A DNA stretch of 64,000 nucleotides from contig CAZXML010000001.1 in the NCBI GenBank assembly GCA_964641245.1, forward strand, positions 127,959 to 191,958, in the 5' to 3' direction. The DNA is from an uncultured Gammaproteobacteria bacterium (GTDB lineage: Bacteria; Patescibacteriota; Patescibacteriia; Magasanikbacterales; GWA2-37-8). The notes beneath the pieces were generated by a model. The model ran no database searches and was not told the origin of the DNA. It saw only the letters and a list, made by a program, of their open reading frames with translations. The stretch's first letter is position 1. Each line of letters opens with the position of its first letter. Positions 20,219 to 30,014 of the stretch are shown in pieces. The position numbers and the translations under genes are program-made.

Positions 20219-22147
20219 CTAAAATTTCAAAACTGCCAAAGCGCCCTCAGCCATTGCCTCTGTTACCTGTTGCGGCTGCTTTGCGTCACCAACCAACACT
20301 ACTTCATTAAGAATACCCTTAAGCTCATCCGCCAAATGATTGTTGGATACAGAGCCAAGACAAATTACAACGGTATCAACAATTATTTCCCTGCCCTTTG
20401 CTTCGCCTTCCTGGATAAGAACACCGTTATCGCGAATTTCCAAAACCTTGGATCTGGTAAACATTTTTACATTTAATTTTTTTAACCGTTCTAAAAAAAG
20501 AGCTCTGTCGTCTATGGGCGCGCCCATAGCAATATCTTGCAGCACCTCCACAATAGTAACGTCATGACCATTCTCAGCTAAAAATTCCGCTGTTTGCGCG
20601 CCCGCACAACCACCACCAAGTACGACCACCGATTTACCTGCTGTAGCGTGGCCTGATAAAATCGCGCGGTTAGTTACCACATTTTTTCCGTCAATGCCGA
20701 TAATATTTGGTATTTTCTCGATAGAACCAATAGCCACTATCACCACGTCCGGTTTTTCTTTTACGACCAATTCCTTGGTGAAATTTGTTTTTAAATGAAT
20801 TGTTATATCCATTTTCTTTACGGCACATGTTAAATATTCCCGCAGCTCTTTCCATCCCTGGCGGTGTGGCGCAACCTCGGCCAAAAAAAGCTGGCCGCCT
20901 AGTTTATCTGTTTTTTCATATAAAATCACTTCATGTCCGCGTTCGGCGGCTGTTTTGGCAGCCGAGAGTCCGGCCGGCCCCCCGCCGACTACCACAATTT
21001 TTCTTCGTTTTTTGGGCGCGACAGCAAACTCTAATTCGCGCCCCGTTTGCGGATTAGTTGTGCACCAAACATCTTTTTGCGCAAATAATCGGCTAATACA
21101 ACCTTCGTTGCAACTAATACAATGATTAATTTCTTCCAGCTTATTATTTTTTACTTTATTCGGCCAATTTGGATCCGCTAAAAGCGTACGCCCAATCGCC
21201 ACAAAATCCGCTTTACCCTGCTTGATTATGTTTTCAGCCATTTCCGGAAAACGAATTTTACCTACCGCTATCACCGGAATTTTTACCACCTTTTTTACAG
21301 CTTCAGCCAAATGCAACAATGGAGCGTCCGGAACAGCCATTGGCGGAATCATGCGGCCCTGCGAATACGACGCGTAGTTTCCCACAGAAATATGCAATGC
21401 GTTTGCGCCTACCTCCTCCAAACGCTTGGCGATAATTTTTGTGTCTTCTATAGTAAGTCCGCCATCAACCATTTCTTCTCCGGAAAGACGCACGATGATA
21501 GGAAAATCTTTCCCCACCGCCAATCTTACGCTTTCATATACATCCAACATAAATTTCATTCTTTCATCCAAACTGCCGCCATATTCATCCTGCCGCTGAT
21601 TGCTAAAAGAAGAAAGAAATTGAGTTATAAGGTAACCGTGCGCGCCGTGAATTTCTACAAAATCACAACCAGCCTCTTTGGCGCGGGTCCCAGCCTCTCC
21701 GTAAGCCTTTACCAGTCTGTTTATTTCCTTATGATCAAGTTCGCGCGGTACCTCGTTTATTGTTGGATCGGCTACCGGCGATGGAGCCAACGGTTGCTTG
21801 CCGGTGGTTTTTGATGACGTTTGTCTGCCAGCATGATATAGCTGGGGACCAATAACGGCGCCATACTCATGGGCAACATCGACTAATCTTTTTAATCCCG
21901 GAATTACCTTATCGGAATGAATACCAAGTTCGTTTACAAAACCCTTGCCCTCCGGGCTAATAAAACTAGCTTCCAGAATTATGGTGCCTACTCCCCCCTT
22001 GGCAATATTTTGTATGTGCGCAACGTATCTGTCTGTGACAAAACCGTTGGTATCAGCATAGTTTCGTACCATAGGAGGCATTACCAGCCGATTTTTGACT
22101 GATAGTTTTCCAATTATGCCGGCTGAAAAAAGTTTGGGATATGCCAT
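20219..22147 (-). CDS. Old-Yellow-Enzyme-family FMN oxidoreductase fused to an FAD/NAD(P) pyridine-nucleotide domain (2,4-dienoyl-CoA reductase / NADH oxidase-like)
   Basis: OYE N-terminus 'KNRLVMPPMV'. 4Fe-4S motif 'CISCNEGCISRL...C'. C-terminal 'VVVGGGPAGLSAA'. Confidence 0.75.
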   Translation of the reverse strand: MAYPKLFSAGIIGKLSVKNRLVMPPMVRNYADTNGFVTDRYVAHIQNIAKGGVGTIILEASFISPEGKGFVNELGIHSDKVIPGLKRLVDVAHEYGAVIGPQLYHAGRQTSSKTTGKQPLAPSPVADPTINEVPRELDHKEINRLVKAYGEAGTRAKEAGCDFVEIHGAHGYLITQFLSSFSNQRQDEYGGSLDERMKFMLDVYESVRLAVGKDFPIIVRLSGEEMVDGGLTIEDTKIIAKRLEEVGANALHISVGNYASYSQGRMIPPMAVPDAPLLHLAEAVKKVVKIPVIAVGKIRFPEMAENIIKQGKADFVAIGRTLLADPNWPNKVKNNKLEEINHCISCNEGCISRLFAQKDVWCTTNPQTGRELEFAVAPKKRRKIVVVGGGPAGLSAAKTAAERGHEVILYEKTDKLGGQLFLAEVAPHRQGWKELREYLTCAVKKMDITIHLKTNFTKELVVKEKPDVVIVAIGSIEKIPNIIGIDGKNVVTNRAILSGHATAGKSVVVLGGGCAGAQTAEFLAENGHDVTIVEVLQDIAMGAPIDDRALFLERLKKLNVKMFTRSKVLEIRDNGVLIQEGEAKGREIIVDTVVICLGSVSNNHLADELKGILNEVVLVGDAKQPQQVTEAMAEGALAVLKF

Positions 22148-22304
22148 ACAAATTAAAGTTTACAAACTCTCTTTGATAATATACTCCAACATGGCGCTAA
22201 ATTCAATCCCCGCCTTTCCGGCAGCCTTTGGGAATAAACTAGTGGAAGTCATGCCAGGAACGGAAAATTTGTTAATTGCTAATTGTTTTTTGTTAATTAG
22301 TTTA

Positions 22305-23513
22305 CTACAAATATCCCATCGGATCTACCGGTATTCCGTTTAGACGCACCTCGAAATGTAAATGCGGACCGGTAACAAACGGTCCGGCGCCCACAGTACC
22401 CGGTCTGCCTCCGGAATAACCAATTATATCCCCTTTATTCACAAACTGATCGCCGGCCACATCGATTCGGCTCAAATGTCCGTACAGAGTTGATAAATTA
22501 CCGGTATGCACAATTAAAACATAAGCGTAACAGCTTGCCAAGCTACAAACCTTTGCCCGCGCCACATAACCGGCGGCTGCAGCCCGTACAGGCGTACCTT
22601 GTGAAGCGCGGATGTCTATAGCGCTATGCTCAAAAACATTTCTAAAAGGATAATCCGGATCGTGAAAGGTGGCAGTGATGGTTCTGTTTGGTAGCGGCCA
22701 GAAAAACGGCCCCACACTGTCTCCCAGTTTATTTTGTTGAGCCAGTTTTTTCCTTACCTGGTCTTCATAGGCGCGCTGTTCGTTTATTACAGCCTGGTAT
22801 TGCTGTTTTAAACTAGACAAAAGTGTTTTATATTTTAATTCGGATGATTTGGTCTGTACCAACAGATTCTCCTTTGCTTTAGACTGATCCGTTAGTTTTA
22901 GCCGCTTACCTTCCAATTCCGCTTTTAAATTTTCGTATGTTTTCTTTTTAGCCTCTACTTGTTTTTGCTTGGCTTGCAAATCCTCTTTTACCAGGCGCAA
23001 AACCTTAATTGATTTACCTAAATCCGTATAAACATTGGTTGTATATTGTAATTGATCATAAAATTCGGCAAAGTTATTGTTGGTTAGAAGCACCTCCAGA
23101 TAATTTTTTCGCTTGTCAGCGTTTATGCTTTGGATTATTTTTGTAATAATTGCTTTTTGTTTTTCCATCGCCGCTTCCTTGCCGGAAATTGTAAGTTGCA
23201 GTGCCTCTATCTCCAGTTGAGCCTGTTTAATTTTTTCCTGGGTCAGTTCTATGTCTGTTTCCGCTTTGTTAATATGATTATCCAAAATACTAAGTTGGTT
23301 TTTAAGAGAAACAGCCTCGGTTTGCTTTTGAGCAATATTTCTGTTGTATTTTGCGATGGTGTCTTCCAGTTCTTTTATCTTGTCCTTTTTTTCCGCAATT
23401 TGTTTATTCAATTGTTCAATTTCGGAAGACACGGACGCGGTTTGAGCGTACGCAAAAACCGGGCTGGACAGCAACCCCGCTATAACCAAAAAAAGTACCA
23501 GGATTTTTTTCAT
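22305..23513 (-). CDS. secreted coiled-coil M23 family peptidoglycan DD-metalloendopeptidase (EnvC-like)
   Basis: Signal peptide, a long coiled coil, and a C-terminal 'HTGNLSTLYGHL...GPHLHFEV' block. Confidence 0.8.
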   Translation of the reverse strand: MKKILVLFLVIAGLLSSPVFAYAQTASVSSEIEQLNKQIAEKKDKIKELEDTIAKYNRNIAQKQTEAVSLKNQLSILDNHINKAETDIELTQEKIKQAQLEIEALQLTISGKEAAMEKQKAIITKIIQSINADKRKNYLEVLLTNNNFAEFYDQLQYTTNVYTDLGKSIKVLRLVKEDLQAKQKQVEAKKKTYENLKAELEGKRLKLTDQSKAKENLLVQTKSSELKYKTLLSSLKQQYQAVINEQRAYEDQVRKKLAQQNKLGDSVGPFFWPLPNRTITATFHDPDYPFRNVFEHSAIDIRASQGTPVRAAAAGYVARAKVCSLASCYAYVLIVHTGNLSTLYGHLSRIDVAGDQFVNKGDIIGYSGGRPGTVGAGPFVTGPHLHFEVRLNGIPVDPMGYL

Positions 23514-23551
23514 AGATATAGTATATCACCAAAGAAGCTTTGCCCCAAATT

Positions 23552-25024
23552 TTAGGACAACTTTTTAATTGCCAAATGAAGTCTGTTTAAAGATTCGTCT
23601 TTTCCCAACACCTCCGCAATTTCAAATGGCCCGGGAGATTTATCCTGTCCGGATAAAGATGCGCGCATTGGCCAAAGGACAGAACCGGTTGAATACGCCA
23701 TCTGCGCAATCCACTCCCCTATCTTTTGTTCCAGTTTTTCCTTATTCCAGTCTTGAACACTTATTGTATTCATAAATTCCGCAAGGGTTGGCAAAATTTT
23801 CTTCACCTCTTCCGCAGAACTTTTTTTCCAAACCAGCAAATCGGCCGCGTAATCAGGCAAGTCAAAAATAAATTTAATAGCATTTGGCAATTCAGACAAT
23901 ACTGTAATTCGTTCTTTCTCCAATGCGACGGCCTTCGTCAACAATTCAATTTGCTCTTTGTTAATTGTTAATTGTTCATTAACCCACGGCATGCTAATTT
24001 CTACAAGCTGAGCATTGGATAATAACTTTATATACTGTTTATTAAACCAATCCAACTTATCGCCATTAAAGACCGCTCCGGTTTTGACTGCCTTGGATAA
24101 ATCAAAATCTTGAACAAGCTCGTCCAGACTGTACATTTCTTTTTCCGTTCCCGGGTTCCAGCCCAAAAAAGCCACAAAATTTATTAAGGCTTCAGGTAAA
24201 TAACCTTTCTTAATATAATCATCCACAGCCACATCGCCTTGGCGTTTGCTTAATTTAGATTTATCAGAATTAAGCAATAAAGACAGGTGCGCCATTTGTG
24301 GAACTTCCCAACCAAAATATTTATATATCTGTAAATGCTTAGGCAAACTACTAATCCATTCATCACCTCTAATTACGTGAGTGATTTCCATCAGATGATC
24401 GTCCACCACTACTGCAAAATGATATGTCGGGTAGCCATCAGATTTAATCAGCACCTGATCATCAATCAATTCATTTTTAAATCTTATTTCACCATGAATT
24501 AAATCCGTAAATACAGTTTCGCCGGTCTTCGGCATTTTCAACCGCACCACGCATTTTTCTCCGCCTTCCGCCCGCTTTTTTGCTTCGGTTGGGCCAAGAG
24601 ATAAACATTGACCATCGTAACCGGTAGGTAATTTTTTAGCCGTCTGCTCCTCCCGCAATTGCGTTAATCTTTCCGTTGTACAAAAACAATAATAAGCATG
24701 CCCGGCCTCTAAAAGCTTATTAACATGTTTCCTATATATAGGAAGGCGCTCCGATTGTGTATAAGGCCCATTTTCACCAACTTCACCAATCTTGCCTTCT
24801 TCACCCATCACCACCCCTTCATCCGGTGATAACCCCGCCCAATTTAAGGATTTCAAAATATTGGCCACAGCATCGGCTACATAACGCTCGCGGTCCGTGT
24901 CTTCTATGCGCAAAATAAATTTCCCGCCATGTTTTTTGGCAAATAAATATGAATACAAAGCGGTGCGGAGTCCGCCGACATGCAGATAACCAGTGGGGCT
25001 GGGAGCGAAACGAGTTTTGATCAT
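23552..25024 (-). CDS. gltX: glutamyl-tRNA synthetase
   Basis: 'RFAPSPTGYLHVGGLRTAL' is the HIGH region and 'KLSKRQG' is the KMSKS motif. Confidence 0.9.
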   Translation of the reverse strand: MIKTRFAPSPTGYLHVGGLRTALYSYLFAKKHGGKFILRIEDTDRERYVADAVANILKSLNWAGLSPDEGVVMGEEGKIGEVGENGPYTQSERLPIYRKHVNKLLEAGHAYYCFCTTERLTQLREEQTAKKLPTGYDGQCLSLGPTEAKKRAEGGEKCVVRLKMPKTGETVFTDLIHGEIRFKNELIDDQVLIKSDGYPTYHFAVVVDDHLMEITHVIRGDEWISSLPKHLQIYKYFGWEVPQMAHLSLLLNSDKSKLSKRQGDVAVDDYIKKGYLPEALINFVAFLGWNPGTEKEMYSLDELVQDFDLSKAVKTGAVFNGDKLDWFNKQYIKLLSNAQLVEISMPWVNEQLTINKEQIELLTKAVALEKERITVLSELPNAIKFIFDLPDYAADLLVWKKSSAEEVKKILPTLAEFMNTISVQDWNKEKLEQKIGEWIAQMAYSTGSVLWPMRASLSGQDKSPGPFEIAEVLGKDESLNRLHLAIKKLS

Positions 25025-25026
25025 AA

Positions 25027-25114
25027 TTGAAATGAGTGAGTGAAATATTTAGCTTGCTAAAATATTTTCGAGCGAATAAGTTTATTTGGGCATTACTTAG
25101 CCCTATAATTAAAT
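25027..25114 (-). promoter_or_regulatory. conserved ~88 nt upstream/leader module, copy 1 of 2, abutting the gltX start
   Basis: About 75% identical to 54183-54263, which lies upstream of the ferredoxin gene on the same strand. Contains the palindrome AAAATATTTT and ends 'cactcatttc..tt' immediately before the ATG. Confidence 0.4.
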
Positions 25115-25915
25115 CTATACTTTTGATTTTAATAGTTCAAGTATTTTTAAAGAACCTTCATACAATTTACTCTTCCATTGTCTGCCACCCTCCGGAATGG
25201 GCATAACCGCATTTGTATCTATTAGCCTTAGACCGTGTTCTGTAAATAATAAATTATTTAATTTAGCGCAATCATATGGGAAATATTTATTCTCGGCCCG
25301 AATGTCCGTTATTTTTTTTATAAATATAGGGAGCTCACGCTTAAGTCTATCTATTACTTCCGGTGAAAAAGCGCTTTTTATGTATACAATAAATTTATTT
25401 AGGCATTCTATTGCCACTAACTTGTCTTCCTTAACTCCCCAATGATAATACCTATATATAGGTTCCATAAATGCAGAATCCCTTGCCATGCTTGCCGTGC
25501 TGGCTTCACTAAGGCGGGGCTGAATCTCATATATAATTTTTTTATTAGTTTTCTCATCTCTGCCAATAACAAACTGTGTCGGCACAATCAGTTCCGGTAA
25601 GGAATCGGCAAAGTAATTCTTCATAATTAAATTTCGATGTTTCAATTCTTTTGCGATTCCCCCAACAGAAATTTCTTTTTTCAATTCTTTCGACCCCTCC
25701 AAAAATAATTCCCTGGCCAAATTCATAGGTTGATCTGAAGAGCGGTATTGTTTTATAACATAACCCTGCGGAACTTTTTCTCTTATACTCTCGGGCAGAT
25801 TTTCCAAATTACCAACTTCTACAAAACTCCCGCCACCATACTTATCACTCTCTAAAGGACCGACTTTAATTTCGGGATTAAGAAAATTTGGCCTAAACTT
25901 TTCTGTCATATACAA
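25115..25915 (-). CDS. hypothetical protein with a protein-kinase-like motif set (putative small-molecule or sugar kinase)
   Basis: Glycine loop 'YGGGSFVEV'. 'YVIKQY' is beta3-Lys-like. 'YDCAKLNNLL' is catalytic-loop-like. 'LIDTN' is DFG-like. I match no named family confidently. Confidence 0.35.
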   Translation of the reverse strand: MYMTEKFRPNFLNPEIKVGPLESDKYGGGSFVEVGNLENLPESIREKVPQGYVIKQYRSSDQPMNLARELFLEGSKELKKEISVGGIAKELKHRNLIMKNYFADSLPELIVPTQFVIGRDEKTNKKIIYEIQPRLSEASTASMARDSAFMEPIYRYYHWGVKEDKLVAIECLNKFIVYIKSAFSPEVIDRLKRELPIFIKKITDIRAENKYFPYDCAKLNNLLFTEHGLRLIDTNAVMPIPEGGRQWKSKLYEGSLKILELLKSKV

Positions 25916-25917
25916 AA

Positions 25918-26754
25918 TTATAGCATTCTTTCTCTAAGCGCTAAATAAGTAAATTTTGCCGTTGCGTTAAATATCCGCACAAATCGTCGAGGCTCCTGAA
26001 TCAATCGATACACCCATTCTAACCCAATTTGGCGTAAAAATAAAGGGGCGCGTTTTACTTTTCCGGAAATAAAATCAAATGACCCGCCCACGCCCATGGC
26101 TATTTTTACACACGGCATTTTTGATAGGTTTTCGTGAATCCATTTTTCTTGCTTGCCCATGCCAAAGGCGACGAAGAGGATGTCGGGGTTTGATTGGTTA
26201 ATTTGTTGAATGGTTGAATTGATGCCGGCGACGAAAACCCCCTCTTCTGTTCTCCCCCTTATAGGGGGAGAGACCGCAGCGAACAGCAACGTGTCGCTCC
26301 CTCCCCTATAAGGGGAGGGACAGTGGGTGGGGTTTTGTTCGTCAATCGCTGGACCCCTATCGAAACCAGAGATCTTTAAACTAGGAAACTTTTTCTGCAA
26401 TTCCTCTGCCGTTCTCTTCACTGTTTCGTCACTCCCCGAACCTAACAAATAAACACTCATCCCTAACTCACCGGCTACCCTACAAATCTCTAACATAAAA
26501 TCTACCCCTGGGACTCTTTTAATTCCAGTAAAAATCTGTAAACCCATCCCATCGCACAAATTCAAATCGCTGGAATTTAAAACCTTTTTAAAATATTCGT
26601 CTTTTTGCGCCTTCACTACAAATTCCGGATTGGGAGTAAAAATTGTATGTTGGCCACCATGCAAAAAATCCACGACTTTTTGTAGTGCGGTTTCTTTGGT
26701 ATCTCCGTCAATTTTTATACCCAAAAATTGCATAATATGGTAAAATTGTACCAT
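25918..26754 (-). CDS. WecG/TagA/CpsF-family glycosyltransferase (N-acetylmannosaminyltransferase-like) carrying an in-frame repeat insertion
   Basis: 'ILFVAFGMGKQEKW' and 'IAMGVGGSFDF..GKVKRAP' match the family. The start is uncertain: M14 at 26754 or M21 at 26733. The ORF-track start at 26793 would overlap the CIRCE-like site. Confidence 0.7.
   Translation of the reverse strand: MVQFYHIMQFLGIKIDGDTKETALQKVVDFLHGGQHTIFTPNPEFVVKAQKDEYFKKVLNSSDLNLCDGMGLQIFTGIKRVPGVDFMLEICRVAGELGMSVYLLGSGSDETVKRTAEELQKKFPSLKISGFDRGPAIDEQNPTHCPSPYRGGSDTLLFAAVSPPIRGRTEEGVFVAGINSTIQQINQSNPDILFVAFGMGKQEKWIHENLSKMPCVKIAMGVGGSFDFISGKVKRAPLFLRQIGLEWVYRLIQEPRRFVRIFNATAKFTYLALRERML
26225..26345. repeat. GC-rich double-hairpin element inserted in frame within the TagA-family gene
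   Basis: Perfect hairpins lie at 26251-26271 (TCTCCCCC-ttata-GGGGGAGA) and 26298-26320 (TCCCTCCCC-tataa-GGGGAGGGA). The local GC content is far above its surroundings. It encodes about 40 extra residues that are absent from the family consensus. Confidence 0.6.
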
Positions 26755-26786
26755 GCCTTGACACTTTTTAACAAGATGGTATAGTA

Positions 26787-26813
26787 TTATCACTCAACTC
26801 GTATGAGTGATAA
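26787..26813. promoter_or_regulatory. CIRCE-like inverted repeat (HrcA-operator-like) upstream of clpB
   Basis: 'TTATCACTC-aactcgtat-GAGTGATAA' compared with the CIRCE consensus TTAGCACTC-N9-GAGTGCTAA. The two arms are perfectly complementary. Confidence 0.55.
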
Positions 26814-26834
26814 TAACTAAGCCTGATAATATCT

Positions 26835-29468
26835 ATGATTCCTCAAAATTTTACCAACAAATCCCAAGAAATCATCCAAAACGCGGCCAGAATAGCCTAC
26901 GAAAACGGCCAGGGGCAAATAGAGCCTCCTCACCTGTTTTTTGCTTTGTTGGAAGACACCGACGGGGTGGTTGTTTCGGTTTTGCACAAATTTAACGCCA
27001 ATATTATCGCCTTAAAAGCGGGCGCTCAATCATTAATAGACAAACTACCCAAACAACCCGGCTCTATGCCTGCCGGCGGCGTGGGTCAAATTTTGCTAAG
27101 TCAGTCCATGCTTTATCTTTTTCAAACCGCGGTTAGCGAAGCCAAAAAAATGGGCGATGAATATATAAGCGTAGAACATTTATTTCTGGCATTTCTAGTA
27201 GGACATAATCCGATTAGTGATTTACTGGCCATAAGCGGAGTAAACTACGACCAAGCATTAAAAATTCTGGCCGGAATCCGCGGTACGCAAAAAGTAGACA
27301 GCCCGGAACCGGAAAGCAAATATAATGTTCTGGAAAAATACGGAAAAAATTTAACCGACTTGGCTTTTAAGGAAAAACTGGATCCAGTTATCGGGCGCGA
27401 TGATGAAATCCGGCGCGTTATGCAAATTCTAACCAGACGCACCAAAAATAATCCGGTTTTAATCGGCGAACCCGGCACGGGAAAAACCGCCATCGCCGAA
27501 GGTTTGGCGCAAAGAATTGTCAACGGCGATGTTCCGGAATCATTAAAAAATAAACAGGTAATAGCTCTGGACATTGGCGCCCTTTTGGCCGGCACAAAAT
27601 TCCGCGGAGAATTTGAAGACCGTTTGAAAGCGGTACTAAAAGAAATTGACGAATCAGCCGGAAAAATAATTTTATTCATGGATGAATTGCACACCATTGT
27701 TGGCGCGGGCTCTTCCGAAGGTTCCGTAGACGCATCCAACATGCTTAAACCGGCACTCGCCCGCGGAACTTTGCATGCCATTGGCGCCACCACTTTAAAA
27801 GAATATCAAAAATATATAGAAAAAGATGCCGCCCTGGAACGCCGTTTTCAACCGGTTATGGTAAATGAACCGTCCCGCGATGACGCTATCGCCATCCTGC
27901 GCGGTATCAAAGAAAAATACGAAGTGCATCACGGCGTCCGCATTACCGACTCGGCCATTTTGGCGGCGGTTGATTTATCTATGCGCTACATTTCCGACCG
28001 CTTCCTGCCGGACAAGGCTATAGATTTAATTGATGAAGCCACGTCCGCGTTGCGCATGCAAATAGACTCCATGCCGGATGAATTGGATAAAATGAAACGG
28101 GCCATGATTAAACTGGAAATAGAAAAACGGGCGTTAAAAAAGGAAAAAGAAAAGGAAGCCCAGGAACGTTTGGCCAAACTGGAAAAAGATTTGGCGGAAT
28201 TAAAAGATAAAAGTTCCGAATTGGAGGCGCGCTGGAGAAATGAAAAAGAAATCATCACCGGTATTCACAAACATAAAAAAGAAATAGAACACATCCGCCA
28301 GAACGCGGAAATAGAAGAAAGAAAAGGCGACTTGCAAAAAGTGGCCGAGATTAGATATGGAAAAATTCCCACTTTAGAAGCGCAAATTCGCCAGGAAGAA
28401 AAAAAATTGGCCGAACTGCAAAAAACCAACGGCATTCTAAAAGAAGAGGTCACCGAACAAGACATTGCCCGCGTGGTGGCTCGCTGGACCGGCATTCCGG
28501 TTTCCAAAATGCTAAAAGGCGAGGCCGACAAATTGGTACATATGGAGGACGAACTGGCCCAACGCGTGGTGGGTCAGGAAGAAGCCGTCAAAGCCGTGGC
28601 TAACGCCATCCGTCGTTCACGCGCCGGCATTTCCGAACCCAACCGCCCGATTGGTTCCTTTATCTTTTTGGGCCCGACTGGTGTAGGCAAAACCGAACTG
28701 GCCAAAGGGCTGGCGGAATTTATGTTTAACACCGAAGATTCATTGGTGCGCGTAGATATGAGCGAATATATGGAAAAACACGCGGTTTCCAAAATCATCG
28801 GCTCCCCTCCCGGTTATGTGGGCTTTGAAGAAGGCGGCCAGCTTACCGAAATTGTGCGTCGCAAACCATATTCCGTAATTTTATTTGATGAAATAGAAAA
28901 AGCGCATCCGGATGTGTTTAATATTTTGTTGCAGATTCTGGATGACGGCCATGTAACGGATGCCAAAGGACGGAAAGTAAATTTCAAAAATACCGTCGTC
29001 ATTATGACCAGCAACATTGGCAGTAATTTGATTTTAGATTGGAATAAAAAAGGCGAATTTGGTTTTGCGGGTTCTGAAGCCAAAAGAGGCGAAAAAAGCA
29101 TGCGCGACAAAATTATGGAAGGCCTACGTGAACACTTTAAACCGGAATTTTTAAACCGCGTAGACGAAATAATTATTTTCCATTCTTTAACCGAAAAAGA
29201 TATCGCCAGAATTGTGGAACTGCAATTAGAAAAAGTACAGGCCCGTCTTAATGAACAAAAAATAAATCTGACAATAGACGCCAGCGCCAAAAAATACTTG
29301 GCTAAAAAAGGCTTTGATGAAAATTACGGCGCCCGCCCACTTAAACGCTTAATTCAAAGCGAACTGCTGGACGAACTGGCCATGCAAATTATAGAAAAGA
29401 AGTTTAAAGACGGAGATAAAATACAAGTCAGCGCCAGTAAAAATAAAATTGTGCTAGAAAAATACTAG
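26835..29468 (+). CDS. clpB: ATP-dependent chaperone/disaggregase ClpB
   Basis: N-domain, two AAA+ modules ('GEPGTGKT', 'GPTGVGKT') and the middle coiled-coil. 877 aa. Confidence 0.9.
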   Translation: MIPQNFTNKSQEIIQNAARIAYENGQGQIEPPHLFFALLEDTDGVVVSVLHKFNANIIALKAGAQSLIDKLPKQPGSMPAGGVGQILLSQSMLYLFQTAVSEAKKMGDEYISVEHLFLAFLVGHNPISDLLAISGVNYDQALKILAGIRGTQKVDSPEPESKYNVLEKYGKNLTDLAFKEKLDPVIGRDDEIRRVMQILTRRTKNNPVLIGEPGTGKTAIAEGLAQRIVNGDVPESLKNKQVIALDIGALLAGTKFRGEFEDRLKAVLKEIDESAGKIILFMDELHTIVGAGSSEGSVDASNMLKPALARGTLHAIGATTLKEYQKYIEKDAALERRFQPVMVNEPSRDDAIAILRGIKEKYEVHHGVRITDSAILAAVDLSMRYISDRFLPDKAIDLIDEATSALRMQIDSMPDELDKMKRAMIKLEIEKRALKKEKEKEAQERLAKLEKDLAELKDKSSELEARWRNEKEIITGIHKHKKEIEHIRQNAEIEERKGDLQKVAEIRYGKIPTLEAQIRQEEKKLAELQKTNGILKEEVTEQDIARVVARWTGIPVSKMLKGEADKLVHMEDELAQRVVGQEEAVKAVANAIRRSRAGISEPNRPIGSFIFLGPTGVGKTELAKGLAEFMFNTEDSLVRVDMSEYMEKHAVSKIIGSPPGYVGFEEGGQLTEIVRRKPYSVILFDEIEKAHPDVFNILLQILDDGHVTDAKGRKVNFKNTVVIMTSNIGSNLILDWNKKGEFGFAGSEAKRGEKSMRDKIMEGLREHFKPEFLNRVDEIIIFHSLTEKDIARIVELQLEKVQARLNEQKINLTIDASAKKYLAKKGFDENYGARPLKRLIQSELLDELAMQIIEKKFKDGDKIQVSASKNKIVLEKY

Positions 29469-29605
29469 GGTATTTTTCATACACGCTCGGAAATTAAAAT
29501 TAATTTTAATTTCTCTCGCTTTGTGTAAAAAATAAAAGGCTCCGCATGTTTTCACACGCCAGAGCCCGATGACTTAGAAAATCGACGACACGAATGTCGC
29601 TTGTC

Positions 29606-29971
29606 CTACGAATCGATTTTCATTTCTTCCCCGCCAACATAAGTTTTCACTCCCTTTATTTTATCAATCAGCTCATCCAGCGTTGGTCTTGGCGCGCCTT
29701 GCTGCCCCGCAAATCTTTCCTCCACATGCGGATCATCTTTCGGCCAAGCATACATGACAATCGCTTCACCACCAGCCACAAAACAAGGACCGTCCGTCAC
29801 CCAATCTTTGGGGAGGTGCTTCTCAAAGAGCCAGCTGATGCGCCTCACTTCTTCTTCCCAGCCTTTGTTTGGCCATTTTGTCGTTACCCCAAAACCACTC
29901 CAAGATTCCCACACACAAAAGCCGCGCAGATGCCAGAAAGTGAGCCAAAAAATCGACTTGTTCTCCTTCAT
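29606..29971 (-). CDS. hypothetical Trp-rich small protein (121 aa), GC-enriched
   Basis: Strong RBS 'aaaggagatagg' lies 4 nt before the ATG at 29971. Local GC is about 47%, against roughly 38% in the flanks. Confidence 0.4.
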   Translation of the reverse strand: MKENKSIFWLTFWHLRGFCVWESWSGFGVTTKWPNKGWEEEVRRISWLFEKHLPKDWVTDGPCFVAGGEAIVMYAWPKDDPHVEERFAGQQGAPRPTLDELIDKIKGVKTYVGGEEMKIDS

Positions 29972-30014
29972 TTTCCTATCTCCTTTACCGCTACCATAGC
30001 GAGATTCTTACCCT

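Noticed and set aside
23935-23985. The 'ttgttaattgttaattgtt' string inside gltX resembles the TTAATTG-rich intergenic motif upstream of rrf2.
   Set aside because: Here it is simply the codons for VNEQLTINKEQ within a conserved open frame. It shows that the motif can arise from AT-rich codon usage and tempers the operator hypothesis.
25030-25045. A tiny plus-strand ORF 'ATG AGT GAG TGA' (M-S-E-stop) is conserved in both copies of the shared leader module.
   Set aside because: It is three codons on the strand opposite to the downstream genes. It is most likely a by-product of the conserved nucleotide block.
27245-29290. Multiple antisense ORFs of 74-182 aa inside clpB.
   Set aside because: The sense strand encodes a full-length, motif-complete ClpB. 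The antisense frames are low-complexity Ser/Ala/Phe-rich artefacts of the codon bias.
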